Source: Octopus vulgaris (Eukaryota). From it: DNA of 64,000 bases. Made by a program: the position numbers and the translations under genes. The stretch covers positions 27,714,001 to 27,778,000 of the forward strand of contig OX597823.1 of NCBI GenBank assembly GCA_951406725.2, given 5' to 3'. The notes below the pieces were generated by a model. That model saw nothing but the letters and a program-made list of their open reading frames with translations, did not search any database and was not told the origin of the DNA. Positions 1-13,059 of this stretch are shown here, piece after piece (within the stretch, counting starts at the first letter, position 1; each line of letters begins with the position of its first letter).

Positions 1-7
1 CTATGTT

Positions 8-440
8 GGCGAAGTTGGTAGAAACGTTAGCAAGCCAGTCGCAATGCTTAACGGTGTTCTAAGTTCAAATTCCGCCGAGGTCGACTTTGCCTTTCATCCT
101 TTCGGGGTCGATAAAACAGGTACCAGATGCGTACTGGAGTCGATCTATTCGACTGGCCACCCCCCCCTCCCAAATTTTGGACTATGTGCCTAGAGTAGAA
201 AAAGATATTAACACTATCTATGGCGGCGGTGGTGGCAGAATCCTTAGCACGCCGGTTGCAATGCGTAGTGGTGTTTCATCCGCCTCTGCGTTGTGACTTC
301 AAATTCCGCCGAGGTCGACTTTACCTTTCATCCTTTCGGGGTCGATAAAACACGTACCAGTTAAGTACTGGGGTCGATGCAATCGACTATCCCGCCCTGG
401 CCCAAACTTTCAAGCCTTGTGCTTATAATAAAAAAGATAT
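8..440 (+). mobile_element. Two adjacent copies of SINE family A (tRNA-like head, Meta-like core)
   Basis: Head GGCGGCGAGCTGGCAGAAACGTTAGC-like, B-box GTTCAAATTCC, core GTCGACTTTGCCTTTCATCCTTTCGGGGTCGATAAA resembling the Meta/Sauria SINE central domain. More than 25 copies or fragments in the window. Confidence 0.8.
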
Positions 441-812
441 TAACAGTCTCTTCCAAAGTTTTTAGCATTGTTATGAAAAATGTGAGTGTTTACACTAGAT
501 TAACAATAATCTCTCGTTTTCGAATATTATTTTCTTTTTGAGATCAAATAACGGTTTACAATTTAACTTGCGAAGTCCTTTTCAAGCATTCTAGTGAAAG
601 AAACTTCACAGATATTTGAGCGTTGGATAGTACCAATATGATTTTAATGGAAGAAAGTATTTATTATTCCTTTCATTTCTACGATATTTCGATCGCATAG
701 ATCTTATTAAAATAATACAGAACAACAATAGGTAGAAAGAATTAAGACAGACAAATATATAAAGCGCTAGTTATGTGCATGGGTATATCAATTTCTTATT
801 CTACGATATATA

Positions 813-1045
813 TTTCTTTACTACCCACAAGGGGCTAAACACAGAGGGGACAAACAAGGACAGACAAAGGGATTAAGTTGACTACATCGACCCCAGTGCG
901 TAACTGGTACTTAATTTATCGACCCCGAAAGGATGAAAGGCAAAGTCGACCTCGGCGGAATTTGAACTCGGAACGTAACGACAGACGAAATACGGCTACG
1001 AATTTCGCCCGGCGTGCTAACGTTTCTACCAGCTCGCCGCCTTAT
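813..1045 (-). mobile_element. SINE A, tail variant ii, with 17-bp TSD
   Basis: TTATTCTACGATATATA at 796-812 and 1046-1062 flanks a full reverse-strand copy. Confidence 0.9.
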
Positions 1046-1066
1046 TTATTCTACGATATATACATA

Positions 1067-1399
1067 CTAGCATTATCACCCGGCATGCATATACAGCTGC
1101 GTGCGCAGATACACGCGAGTACTGTCCAAATCTCCGACCAATCACATACAGCTAGCTGGCATTCAATTGGCATATCAAGTTTCGGACATTTTGATTCGGT
1201 TTTGGATAGAAACTTCACAAAAAGTCACTTCTATTGATTTTTTAATGGCTTTGCGGGGTGACTGGGGAAATGTAAAGATGTGCACGGCCACCCTTGGACG
1301 GTTTTGAATGACCATAGAAAGTGCGAGCTCTCTAACTGAAAAGTTGTGGATTTGTATAAAGGACACACACAGAGACATTTTGCCGTTTAGAAATATAGA
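1067..1399 (-). mobile_element. Degenerate non-autonomous Helitron
   Basis: Minus strand starts TCTATATTTCTAAACGG and ends CCGGGTGATAATGCTAG, matching the 3' end of the Helitron at 25161-25461. Confidence 0.55.
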
Positions 1400-1666
1400 A
1401 ATAGTGACTTTTCGTCATTGGAAAAAGTATATATATTTGCATTGAGAACCACTTCTCATCGCCAACCGGTAGTTATCACACGCGGATGACGGGTCAACAC
1501 CCAGAAACTCGGGTCCGTGTGTATCACGTCAGGTTGGAGATGGGAAAGGTGACTTCCTTTTGCAAATACTGACAGCCAGCTGGAGGAGATGTCTTGCTAG
1601 GGCTACAAGCTACAGTACCATCGACCCATAAGCGTTAGCCACATTTAGGTGGCTAATATACTTCAC

Positions 1667-1704
<38 letters not shown>

Positions 1705-2249
1705 CTCGTTCTGGTCTAACGACCCCCCATGTTTGTTCTCGTTCGGTTTTCTTGTATGTCTCCACTGCCCTGTTTTTGTTTCCAACTTTGACCCTCCGTA
1801 AATCCCAAATTTTATTTTGGTACTTATGGGAGTAACTGTCTTCGAAGACTCATATTGTCGTTCAATGCTAGAAATGAGGAGTAGATAGGCAGCCGACAAC
1901 TGATGAAGGGTCGTTCTTTGTGTTACTTGTCCTGTTTTCTATTTGTTTCTCTCGTTTGCGTATTGAACTCGTTTGTCTTCGTATTTCATGTTGTTTACTG
2001 TGAGTGATATCCTGTACCCATATAAGAATATGTATATAAATTATAATTAAGGTATTCATATAGCACAAGGTATAAATATATAAAGTGGTTTTAGAGTCAA
2101 TGTTTAGCTGTTATCTCTAGCATACCCTTAATTATAATTTTAATAATAATTAATACCTATAAGGTTTTTACTCCCATGCTGGCCACTTGATATGGTCAGT
2201 ATTTTAAAAAACGATCTTATCTTTATATATATATATCATCATCATCATC

Positions 2250-2547
2250 GTGACCGACCAGGCTATCAGATGTTGCTACACATCGCTGACCACAATACGC
2301 TTCGCATTGTTTTAGCCTTCAAATGACGCCGCCTCGCTGGCTAAGCGAGCTGGCCAACAGAAGAAAGAGTGAGAAAAAGTTGTATCGAAAGAGTACAGCA
2401 GGGATCGCCACCACCCCCTGCCGGACACTCGTGGAGCTTTAGGTGTTTTCGCTCAATAAACACTCACAACGCCCGGTCTGGGAATCGAAACCGCGATCCT
2501 ACGACCGCGAGTCCGCTGCCATAACCACTGGGCTATTGCGCCTCCAC
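2250..2547 (-). mobile_element. tRNA-derived SINE family C
   Basis: Minus-strand head with A-box TAGCCCAGTGG and B-box GGTTTCGATTCCC. Second copy at 31612-31873. Confidence 0.8.
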
Positions 2548-3294
2548 ACAAACACACACACATATATATACACGCACACACACACACACACAAACAGAGA
2601 AGCATATTTGTATGTGTGTTCAGGAGTGGAGGGGAGACGAGCGACGAAGCAAACAGTTCTCTGTTGAACTAAAACGGAAAAGGTTTAACAGATTAGTAGA
2701 TTCATTGTAAGAATGTATACGTTTTTGACGTGGTCTATATACATAAAATACACACACACGCACGCACGCGCACACACACACACACATACTCACACACACA
2801 CACACACACACACATACTCACACACACACTCACACACACACACACTCACACACACACACACTCACACGTATCGTTATAAGTAGAATAAAGGAAGACGTCA
2901 TTGAAAAGCAGGAAGAAAATATTTAAAGGCTGTGTGTTAAGAAGCTTGCTACCCAACCACATGGTTCCGGGTTCAGTCCCACTGCGTGGCATCTTGGGCA
3001 AGAGTCTCCTACTATAGCCTCGGTCTGACCAAAGCCTTGTGAATGGAATTGGTGTTATATAAATATATATATATATTACAGGTATGAATAGTGTATAAAT
3101 CCACGTCTATATACGTATATGCGTATGTGCACACACATACATGCATTCATATATATACACACACAAGCACACACACAGATACACACACATGCACACACTT
3201 ACAAGTTATACGTATATGATGATGGTAGTGGCGGCGGTGGTTGTGATGGTGGTGGTGAGGATTCACTTTTTCGATCAACTAAACGTTCTACTCC

Positions 3295-3643
3295 TAGGCT
3301 ACGAGCTGGCAGAAACGTTAGCACGCCGAGCGAAATGCGTAGTCGTATTTCGTCTGCCGTTACGTTCTGAGTTCAAATTCCGCCGAGGTCGACTTTGCCT
3401 TTCATCTTTTCGAGGTCGATTAAATAAGTACCAGTTACGCACTGGGGTCGATGTAATCGACTTAATCCGTTTGTCTGTCCTTGTTTGTCCCCTCTGTGTT
3501 TAGCCCCTTGTGGGTAGTAAAGAAATAGGTATTTCGTCTGTCTTTACGTTCTAAGTTCAATTTCCACCGAGGTCAACTTTGCCTTTCATCCTTTCGGGGT
3601 CGATGAATTAAGTACCAGTTGCGGACTGGGGTCGATCTAATCG
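3295..3643 (+). mobile_element. SINE A head-to-tail dimer
   Basis: One head; tail ii ends TAAAGAAATA and joins GGTATTTCGTCTG of a second unit. Confidence 0.85.
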
Positions 3644-3690
3644 AGAGAGAGAGCGAGAGAGAGAGGGGAGAGAGAGCGAGAGAGAGAGGG

Positions 3691-3724
<34 letters not shown>

Positions 3725-4001
3725 ATGTTCTACCTTTACAATTACTGATGCAATCCACCTTTAGGACATCTATAATGCTTTTTTCGACCCTGTTTCACTC
3801 TCAATTCATGGATCCATCCGAGGCTATAGATAGTGACACATCTCCCGCGATGCTACGCAGTGGGATCGAACCCAGAACATCATAGTTACAAAGCAAACTA
3901 CTGTAGGTTGCCCATACACATGCTAACACACACACACACACACGCATAAATGTGTAGGTATGTTGTATATTTACAGCAGTGTAAGGTAGGTAAAGAGGCA
4001 A

Positions 4002-4032
<31 letters not shown>

Positions 4033-4545
4033 TGTATGTAGGTAGGTAGGTAGGTAGGTAGGTAGGTAGGTAGGTAGGTGGGTAGGTAGGTATGTAGGTA
4101 GGTAATTAAATTATGTAAATTGATTACACGGCACATTCTTTTTCAGATGCTTAGAACGAAATCTGCTTGGAAAAGAAACGCCCTTGGGTTACCGTGTTTG
4201 ACAATTAAGGGATATTTTCTTGATATTTCGCCAGAATTATTTTGTACAATATGTAAATAATTGAAAATGGTTGTTACATACTCTCCTATTGATGTTTCTA
4301 CCGTTCCTTTTCTGTTTGTACTTTCTTTATATATATATATATATATATATATATCTTATACATCTGTTACCCCCCACCTTTCGTCTGTCATCTCCTACAT
4401 TTTATCTTCAACACATTCATTTTCCACCCCGCCACAAAATATCCCTGTCTCCTCCTCAAAATTGCCGACACTTTTTCTTGTTCAGTTGATTTCGTTTAAA
4501 ATTTTTCAATTAATTAAAATACTCTGGAATGGCGCCCAATCACTA

Positions 4546-5192
4546 TTCTTTTCTACTTTAGGTACAAGGCCCGAAATTTTGGGGGGAGGAGGTGCAGTCG
4601 ATTAGATCGACCCTAGTACGCAACTGGTACTTAATTTATCGACTCCGAATGGATGAAAGGCAAAGTCGACCTCGGCAGAATTTGAACTCAGAACCTAAAG
4701 ACAGACGAAATACCTATTTCTTTATTACCCACAAGGGGCTAAACATAGAGTGGACAAACAAGGACATACATAGGTACTAAGTCGATTACATCGACCCCAG
4801 TGCGTAACTGGTACTTAATTTATCTATTTCTTTATTGCCCACAGGGGGCTAAACATAGAGGGGACAAACAAGGACAGACAAAGGGATTAAGTCAATTACA
4901 TCGACCCCAGTGCGTAACTAGTACTTATTTAATCGACCCCGAAAGGATGAAAGGCAAAGTCGACCTCGGCGGAATTTGAACTCAGAACGTAGCGGCAGAC
5001 GAAATACGGCTACACATTTCGCCCGGCGTGTTAACGTTTCTGCCAGCTCGCCGCCTTCACTTAATTTATCGACCTCGAAAGGATGAAAGGCAAAGTCGAC
5101 CTCGGTGGAATTTGAACTCACAACGTAACGACAGACGAAATACGGCTACGCATTTCGCCCGGTGTGCTAACGTTTCTGCCAGCTCGCCGCCT
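4546..5192 (-). mobile_element. SINE A multimer
   Basis: Several stacked units flanked by imperfect TSD GGCGCCCAATCACTATT / GGTGCCCAATTACTATT. Confidence 0.85.
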
Positions 5193-5859
5193 TTGGTGCC
5201 CAATTACTATTGCTCGTTCATGATGGGAATCACCTTTTGATGGAACCATTTCGTTTTCCTCACAAAAATTTACCATTATTTTGGTGAGCTTCCTAATCAG
5301 TCTGTTAGATCGCTCGTCTACTCTCAAAGAGTTCCTTCACTCTCCTTCTTTCTTTTTCATTTCGTAACATCCAAAGCAACCCTGCCGAGTAGTGTTAATC
5401 GTCTTCACATGCCTACATACGTTAATACGATGATGAGTGGTAAGTTTACAATCGATTACATCTACCGTCAAGTGATTATCCTCGAAATAGGAAAGATAAC
5501 ATTGTCTTAAATGAGATCGGAATTCAGAACCAAAACGTATGTGTAACTAAATACTGCAAAGCTGTATTGGTTTTCCAAACAACAATTACAGTCTTAATGC
5601 TTTCTAATTTAAGTACAATACAAGCAGTTCTGAGAGAAGAGGTTAGTCGATTCCGATGACTTCTGTATTCCTCTTTTATTGAATTTTATCGATCGCTGAA
5701 AGGATGTAAGACAAATCTGACGCCGATAACAAACGCAAAACGTAAACGCTACGCAACTAGTCACTGCAAAGCATTTTGTACGTCATTCTTACAGATTCGC
5801 TAATCCATCTCCACCCTGCAATAATCGTTTTTTATTTAGGCACAAAGCCTAAATTTATT

Positions 5860-6642
5860 TAGCCACGCCTATGCCTTTACGTTCTGCGTTCATATCCTAA
5901 AGACGTCAACTTTGCCTTACAACCTACCAGGGTCGATGAAATTATGTACCAACCGATTACAGATTCGATATAATCGATTAAGCTCTTCCCCAAATTTAAA
6001 GTCGTGGGTCTATGTTAGGAAAATGGCGGTCCTTTGAGTAAATCGTTTGAGCGCATTTAATTACGGCTCTTTACATTCTGAGCTCAAATACTGCCGCGAT
6101 CAACTTTGAGTGGGATTACATCGACACTAGGTTTTGACTGATGCTTATTTTATCGATCCTTGAAGGACGTGAATTAAAGTTGACCGCAGTGGGGTTTGAA
6201 TTTACAACATAAAGAGTTGGAACAAATGCTCTAAGGGAATTTTTTTTTCCCCAGCCGCCTTCTTCAGCTTAGCATGAAGAAAGATAACAAGATGCTCTTC
6301 AGCACTACCGGTTCTTTTACATGGTAATCACAATTACAAGGCTCTCTAATTTAGGTAAAGGGCTCGTTATGAAAGGTGGTGGGAGTTTACGCGATTCTAT
6401 TGCCCTCAGATTAATACTTCATTTTATGATCCCCGATAAGATGAAAGGCAAAGTTGATCGCGGCAGTATTTCAGCTCAGAATGTAAAGAGCCGTAATTAA
6501 ATGCGCTCAAACGATTTACTCAAAGGACCGCCATTTTCCTAACATAGACCCACGACCTTAAATTTGGGTAGGGCTTTCAGGGTAGGTTGTAAGGCGAAGT
6601 TGACGTCTTTAGGATTTGAACGCAGAACGTAAAGGCATAAGA

Positions 6643-6648
<6 letters not shown>
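5860..6648. repeat. Local inverted duplication (arms ~5860-6107 and ~6450-6648)
   Basis: Diverged SINE-derived sequence recurs as a near-exact reverse complement, e.g. GGCGGTCCTTTGAGTAAATCGTTTGAGCGC / GCGCTCAAACGATTTACTCAAAGGACCGCC. Confidence 0.85.
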
Positions 6649-7130
<482 letters not shown>

Positions 7131-9496
7131 ATTCTGCCAGTCCATCACATTTCACCGTCCAATAGTAATAGTTTCAAATTTTGGCACAAGGCCAACAATT
7201 TTGAGGGGAGGGGGAAGTACTTACCTGATACTTATCTTAGCGACCCCAAAAGGCAAAAAAAGGCAAAGTTGACTTCGGCTGGGTTTGAAAGCAGAATGTA
7301 AAAAGACCGAAGAAATACCGTTAAGCATTTTGTTTGACGCACTAGATTCTATCACTAGATTCTTCCAGTACTAATCCTTTCTAATTTCAGCACAAGGCCA
7401 GAAATGTTTGAGGGGAGGGGAAACCAATTACATCGACCCCACTACTAAATGGTGTTTATTTTATTGACCCCAGAATGCAAAGTCGACTTCAGCGAAATTT
7501 GAACTCAGAACGTAAATACGGGTGAAATGCCGGTGTGCATTTTGTCCGACGCGCTAATCATTCTTATTTCTTTATTGCCCACAAGGAGCTAAACATAGAG
7601 GGGACAAACAAGGACAGACAAGGGGATTAAGTACCAGTGCGTAACTGGTACTTAATTTATCGACCCCGAAAGGATGAAAGGCAAAGTCGACCTCGGCGGA
7701 ATTTGAAGTCACAACGCAGAGGCGGATGAAACACCACTACGCATTGCATTGGAATTTGAACTCAGAACGCAACGACAGACGCAATACCGCTAAGCATTTC
7801 GCCCGGTGTGCTAACGTTTCTGCCAGCTCGCCGCTAAGCATTTCGCCCGGCGTGCTAACTAACGTTTCTGCCAGCTTGCCGTCTTCCGCCGCCCACTAAT
7901 AATGTTATTTAGACAGAATAAGAAGACAGTGGAACGACTCTACCGAATTCCAGCCTTGGTTTCTTCAATAAATGCCAATATAGTTACTATTCTTTGTCTC
8001 TGTACGAACAATAAGAACAAGAAATAGAGTGTCTCTGTTAGCATAAGACAACATAAAATAGATTTTTGTCAGGTAAAAATGTCACATTGTCTTTGTTTAC
8101 ACGTCAGGCAGTTGTTGTTGTTATTGTTGTTGCTGTTGCTGTTGTTATTGTTTAATTGTAGGTCAGCGCTTATCGAATCGATCTACGAATAAAGATTTTC
8201 CAGTTGCAACCATCTGTCTTGTCTTTTCGTATATTCGTGACATTACTGAATGCAACTTGCTAAAAATAATGACAGGGTGTAATTTATGAGAGATTTAGCT
8301 GCTATTTCTAGCAGTCTGAATGTCCATACTCTTTTACTCTTTTATTTGTTTCAGTCATTTGACTGTGGCCATGCTTGAGCACCGCCTTTAGTCGAGCAAA
8401 TATCGACCCCAGGACGTATTCTTTGTAAGTCTAGTACTTATTCTATCGGTCTCTTTTGCCGAACCGCTAAGTTACGGGGACGTAAACACACCAGCATCAG
8501 TTGTCAAGCGATGTTGGGGGGGGGGGGACAAACACAGATACATAAACATATACACACAAATACATACATATATATATATATGTATGTATGTTGAGTGCAT
8601 TTCTTCTTTCTCCTTCATTCTTCTATTCCCTGACCTCTTCGATGCAGCGTCAACGAATGTCAGCGGTCGACTGACCATTCTGCCAAATTTCCCTTTAAAT
8701 ACTCGCTGGTAAGCTCCAGTAGCCAGCACCAGCAAGTTGTCACGTGACACTGTCTAAACTTCAACTGACCAATGGAGGGGAAAGGCACGTAATCTCAGCC
8801 CGCGCCCTCTCTAAACCTGCCTTCCAGAAGCGTCGTGTTAGTTTCAGTTCAAGCAGCCAGAACCGACCAGCTGTTTGGTGGTACACGCCTTCGAATTTTT
8901 TCTGCGTATTCGTAAACTCCGACATGTAAAACCCTAGGAATCCGTCTAAACATTTTCAGAAAAATTCATTTTTCAAGGTGAGGTGCGAATCTGCATTAGC
9001 CCCCAGTAACATTAGTTTTAAAGTTTGACACAAGGCCAACAATTTTGGGGTAGAGGGTGAGTCGATTACAGTGTTCAAATGGTTCTTACTTTATGGATCC
9101 CGAAAGGATGAAAAGAAAAGTCAGCCTCGGTGGAATTTGAACTCAGAACGTAAAGACAGACGAAATGCCGCTAAGCATTTCGCCCGGCGTGCTAACGATT
9201 CTGCCAGCTCGCTGCCTTAATAATACTAATAGCAGCAATAACGATAGTGGTTTCTGATTTGGGCACAAGGCCAGAAATTTTTGAGGTGAGGAATTAAGTC
9301 AGTACCATCAGCCCTAGTACTGGACCCCAGCACTCTTTCATCCCCACCGGAAGAGTGACAGGTGGCAATTGAAGGTAGAATATAAAGTGCCGGGCCCTTA
9401 GTATTGATATCAAAGAAAGTTAACATGTAGAGTGCGGGCCACTCAGAGCTCCGGGCCCTCGGGTAGTACGCGATTGACCGACGGCTCAATCCGCCC

Positions 9497-9994
9497 GCGA
9501 AATTTTTTTCCCACGAGAGTTCTGGACCTGAGTTATGAACTCATTTGCATACAGCCAGTCAGAGTTCAACTATCAGATTAACTTATCAGCGCATAACAAG
9601 TGATGAGCGATAAGATAAGGTCACTTGGGTAAGGAATGACCAAACTTCTTTTCGCTTTTAATAATGTTATTTGTGTTGTTTACTTTCTAAAGCAATAAGG
9701 GGAGAGGGTTGCTATCACATCACCCTCTACCCACATTTTCCCCATCCACATCTTTACCATATGAGGCCCTAACAAAATCCGATAATAGATACAGATGCAA
9801 ATCTATCTAGTAACTTGTCTCCTAAAATCAGGCATCACTTGGCGATCGGTCGACTTACAACACCGTTCTTCGTCTTGAGTTTACTTGGTAGGGTGTGTTT
9901 GCTAACTTTGACATAATCAAGGTGAGCTGTGATTGATTGTATGCAAATGAGTTCATTACTGGGTTCCAGTACTCTCGTGGAAAATTAATTTCGC
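9497..9994 (+). mobile_element. MULE-type MITE (octamer/CCAAT family), copy 1
   Basis: ~75-bp imperfect TIRs beginning GCGAAATTTTTTTCCCACGAGAGT; 9-bp TSD AATCCGCCC/AGTCCGCCC; inserted in the TIR of a hAT MITE related to 57883-58039. Confidence 0.85.
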
Positions 9995-10705
9995 AGTCCG
10001 CCCCTTCCCAGGGCATTTTTTCCGACACTCTTATAACTCTGCCAATTCTCCGCCCATAAACAGCTTCTAATTTAGATACAAGGTCAACAGTTTCGAGGAC
10101 AGGGAATTAGTCGATTCCATTGGTTCAATCAAGTACTTGATTAGTACTTTATTTTATCGACCTTGAATGGGTGAAAGGCAAAGATGACCCCAGCAGCATT
10201 TGAAAAGTCGGAACAAATAACACACGGAATTTTTTCTGAAGCTCTGACGATTCTACCAGCTTGTCGCCTTAATAATAAACAGTAATTGTTTCAAATTTGG
10301 CACACAAGTCCGGCCAGTTTAGGGGGAGTGGGGGTTATTGCCTCCAGTGCTTAAGTGATACTTATTTTATCGCCCCCACTCCGAAGGCATTAAAAGGCGA
10401 AGGTAACCACTGCTGATACCGCAAAGCAATTTCTTTTCTTTAATCTCACGATTCTTCCAGCTCATCATCTTAATGCAGATCATATCTGCAAAACGAACCT
10501 GTTTGACAGAAGAAAATATAAATAAAATAAAAATAAATATTTGGTGCAGTCTGTGGACAACTTTTTTGCCGTCTTAAGGGTAATAATACTCAATCTTTCT
10601 GCTGTTTTCACGGCTATACTGCGTTCGAAATATTACTTTCTTCTTGTCTGAATAATACGATACACATTCGACACTTCTAAAAACAAAATAAAAAGTTTGT
10701 TTACA

Positions 10706-11127
10706 TGGCTGTGTGGTAAGTAGCTTACTTACTAACCACATGGTCCTGGGTTCAGTCCCACTGCGTGGCACCTTGGGCAAGTGCCTTCTACTATAGCTTC
10801 GGGCCAACCAAAGCCTTCTGAGTAGATTTGGTAGACAGAAACTGAACGAAACCCGTTGTATATGTATATATGTATATATATATGTATATGTGTGTGTGTA
10901 TGTGTCTGTGTGTTTGTTTGTCCCCCGAACATCGCTTGACAACCGATGCCGGTGTGTTTACGTCCCCATAACTTAGCGGCTCGGTAAAAGACACCGATAG
11001 AATAAGTACTAGGCTTACAAAGAATAAGTTCTGGGCTCGATTTGCTCGACTAAAGACGGTGTTCCAGCTAGGCCATAGTCAAATGACTGAAACAAGTAAA
11101 AGAGTAAAAGAGTAAAAGAGTAAAAGA
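10706..11127 (+). mobile_element. SINE B full copy
   Basis: Head, CORE-like box, microsatellite, 3' half and (GTAAAAGA)4 tail. Confidence 0.85.
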
Positions 11128-11242
<115 letters not shown>

Positions 11243-11521
11243 AGGTGAATCGAGAATATTCAGGAACTATGGTTGTCTTCGAGGCAATCGGTTCATTTGT
11301 AAGACATTCATACCATGAAAACTGCACGACTGGTATGTCACTCGGTCCAGTCAAAATATCTGCCTAATCAGGACAAGTTTATAAAAAAATAAATAAGACA
11401 AATCCTGAGTGTATATGTGTGTGTGTGTGTAAATCCAGTGTCACATAGTCTTAATCTTCTTTTAAACAACATGATTGTTCTTAGTACAGAAATGTCTGAG
11501 GTATTACTAGCGCTACGTCGG

Positions 11522-11957
11522 GGATCTTTTCGGTTTGAACGGCAGTTTTTAACATAATTTCTAGGTAACTAAAAAATTTTTAAACTTCGTATACTGGTAG
11601 AATGTGTTTATAAAACATCTTTTTCTCTTGGCTTTATTGAGAAAATTCTATAGTTTGTAAGATATTTGTTGTTTTTTTCTGCAATTTCAACCAATCAGTG
11701 ACGTCTATTGAGTTAAAAAGCATTCTGTGCCGTATGAATATGTCCCTCGTTTAAGAAACAGATTGGGTTTATTTACATTTGTGAAGAAAAAAAGATACCC
11801 TTCCCCTACCCTAACTAACCCTAACCCTAACTAACCATAACTAACCCTAACCCTAAAAGAGATTGAAATGCAATAGATCGATTCTAGGGTCATAATTATG
11901 GGTGACAATTTCATATGACACCGCTAGAAAAAACTGCCGTTCAAACCGAAAAGATCC
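11522..11957. mobile_element. MULE-type MITE with internal telomere-like repeats
   Basis: Perfect 29-bp TIR GGATCTTTTCGGTTTGAACGGCAGTTTTT; perfect 9-bp TSD CTACGTCGG (11513-11521, 11958-11966); CCCTAA/CTAA tract at ~11805-11856. Confidence 0.9.
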
Positions 11958-12017
11958 CTACGTCGGTTTCGACGACCAGGGTTCTAGTTGATCCGATCAG
12001 CCTACTTGTGATATTAA

Positions 12018-12257
12018 CCCATTCACTGCCAAATTTTTTAAATTCATATTTTATGGGCTTTGTCAGGTGTCTTAGGAGTTAAAATAATATATAGTATTGA
12101 GCCAGGCATTGTTCGAGAAGGAACAAACAACAATAATGACAAACTTTACTAAATATTGTTAAACACACCTCTGCGAATGCACTTTAAATACAACGAACAA
12201 CCGGCAGTGAGACTGTTTTCAGCAGATCCCCAAATGGGACACATGACAGGCAATGGG
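12018..12257. mobile_element. piggyBac-type MITE
   Basis: TTAA on both sides; termini CCCATTCACTGCC / GACAGGCAATGGG (10/13 inverted match). Confidence 0.75.
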
Positions 12258-12666
12258 TTAATGTGTAAGTAACTCAGCACTCTACAAACACATGTACCCA
12301 TTCTGTAGTTCTCAGGGAAATTCAGTCTAACACAGAAAGTGACAAGATCCGTCCTTTTGAAATACAGGCATTACTAATTTTTGCCAGCTGAGTGGACTGG
12401 AGCTACGTGAAATAAAGTGTCTTGCTCAAAGGACACAACGCGTCGCCGGGAATTGAACTCACGACCTTGCGATCGTGAGCCGAACGCCCGATCTATTAAA
12501 CCACGCACCTTCCCTCAATGTTTGATCTATACTGAAAGGAGATACCAATACATTTTACAACGAGATCGATATGCGTTTCATCGGTACTCGTTGGGTGAAT
12601 CATACATTGTTAAATGTATCCATTTTATTCTAAACAAAGATCTGGTTGGCCGTTTTAGCTGCAGTT

Positions 12667-12948
12667 GTTTTCTACTCTAGGCACAAGGCCCGAAAGTTTT
12701 GTGGGAGGAAGCCAGTCGGCTAGATCGACCCCAGTACGCAACTGGTACTTAATTTATCGACCCCGAAAGGATGAAAGGCAAAGTCGACGTCGGCGGAAGT
12801 TCTGAGTTCATATTCCGCCCAGGTCGACATTTCCTTTCATCCTTTCGGGGTCGATAAATTAAGTACCAGTTGCGTACTGGGGTCGATCTAGCCGACTGGC
12901 TCCTTCCCATCCCCCAAATTTCAGGCCTTGTGTCTAGAGTAGAAAGGA
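12667..12948. mobile_element. Headless SINE A foldback pair, tails pointing outward
   Basis: Minus arm 12667-12798 abuts plus arm 12799-12948; shared flank TTTAGCTGCAGTT / TTTAGTTGTAGTT. Confidence 0.85.
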
Positions 12949-13059
12949 TTTAGTTGTAGTTCTTTGACAGTCCAAAAGCATAATCGCAACTCACGAAGTA
13001 AGCTGCCTCAAGTCATACGTTTTCCATATTCGTGAACAACATATAACAAAAACTCCCAA

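Larger units (their letters stand above)
11440..12512 (-). mobile_element. tRNA-derived SINE family D, interrupted by two MITEs
   Basis: Minus-strand B-box GAGTTCAATTCCC followed by GTGTCCTTTGAGCAAGACAC; body is contiguous once both inserts are removed. Related copy at 45860-46075. Left boundary approximate. Confidence 0.65.

Noticed and set aside
878-1237. Recurrent peptide VRNWYLIYRPRKDERQSRPRRNLNSE
   Set aside because: Antisense reading of SINE A, not a protein family.
2470-2547. tRNA gene
   Set aside because: A/B boxes run into a SINE body that occurs twice in the window; no clean cloverleaf or terminator.
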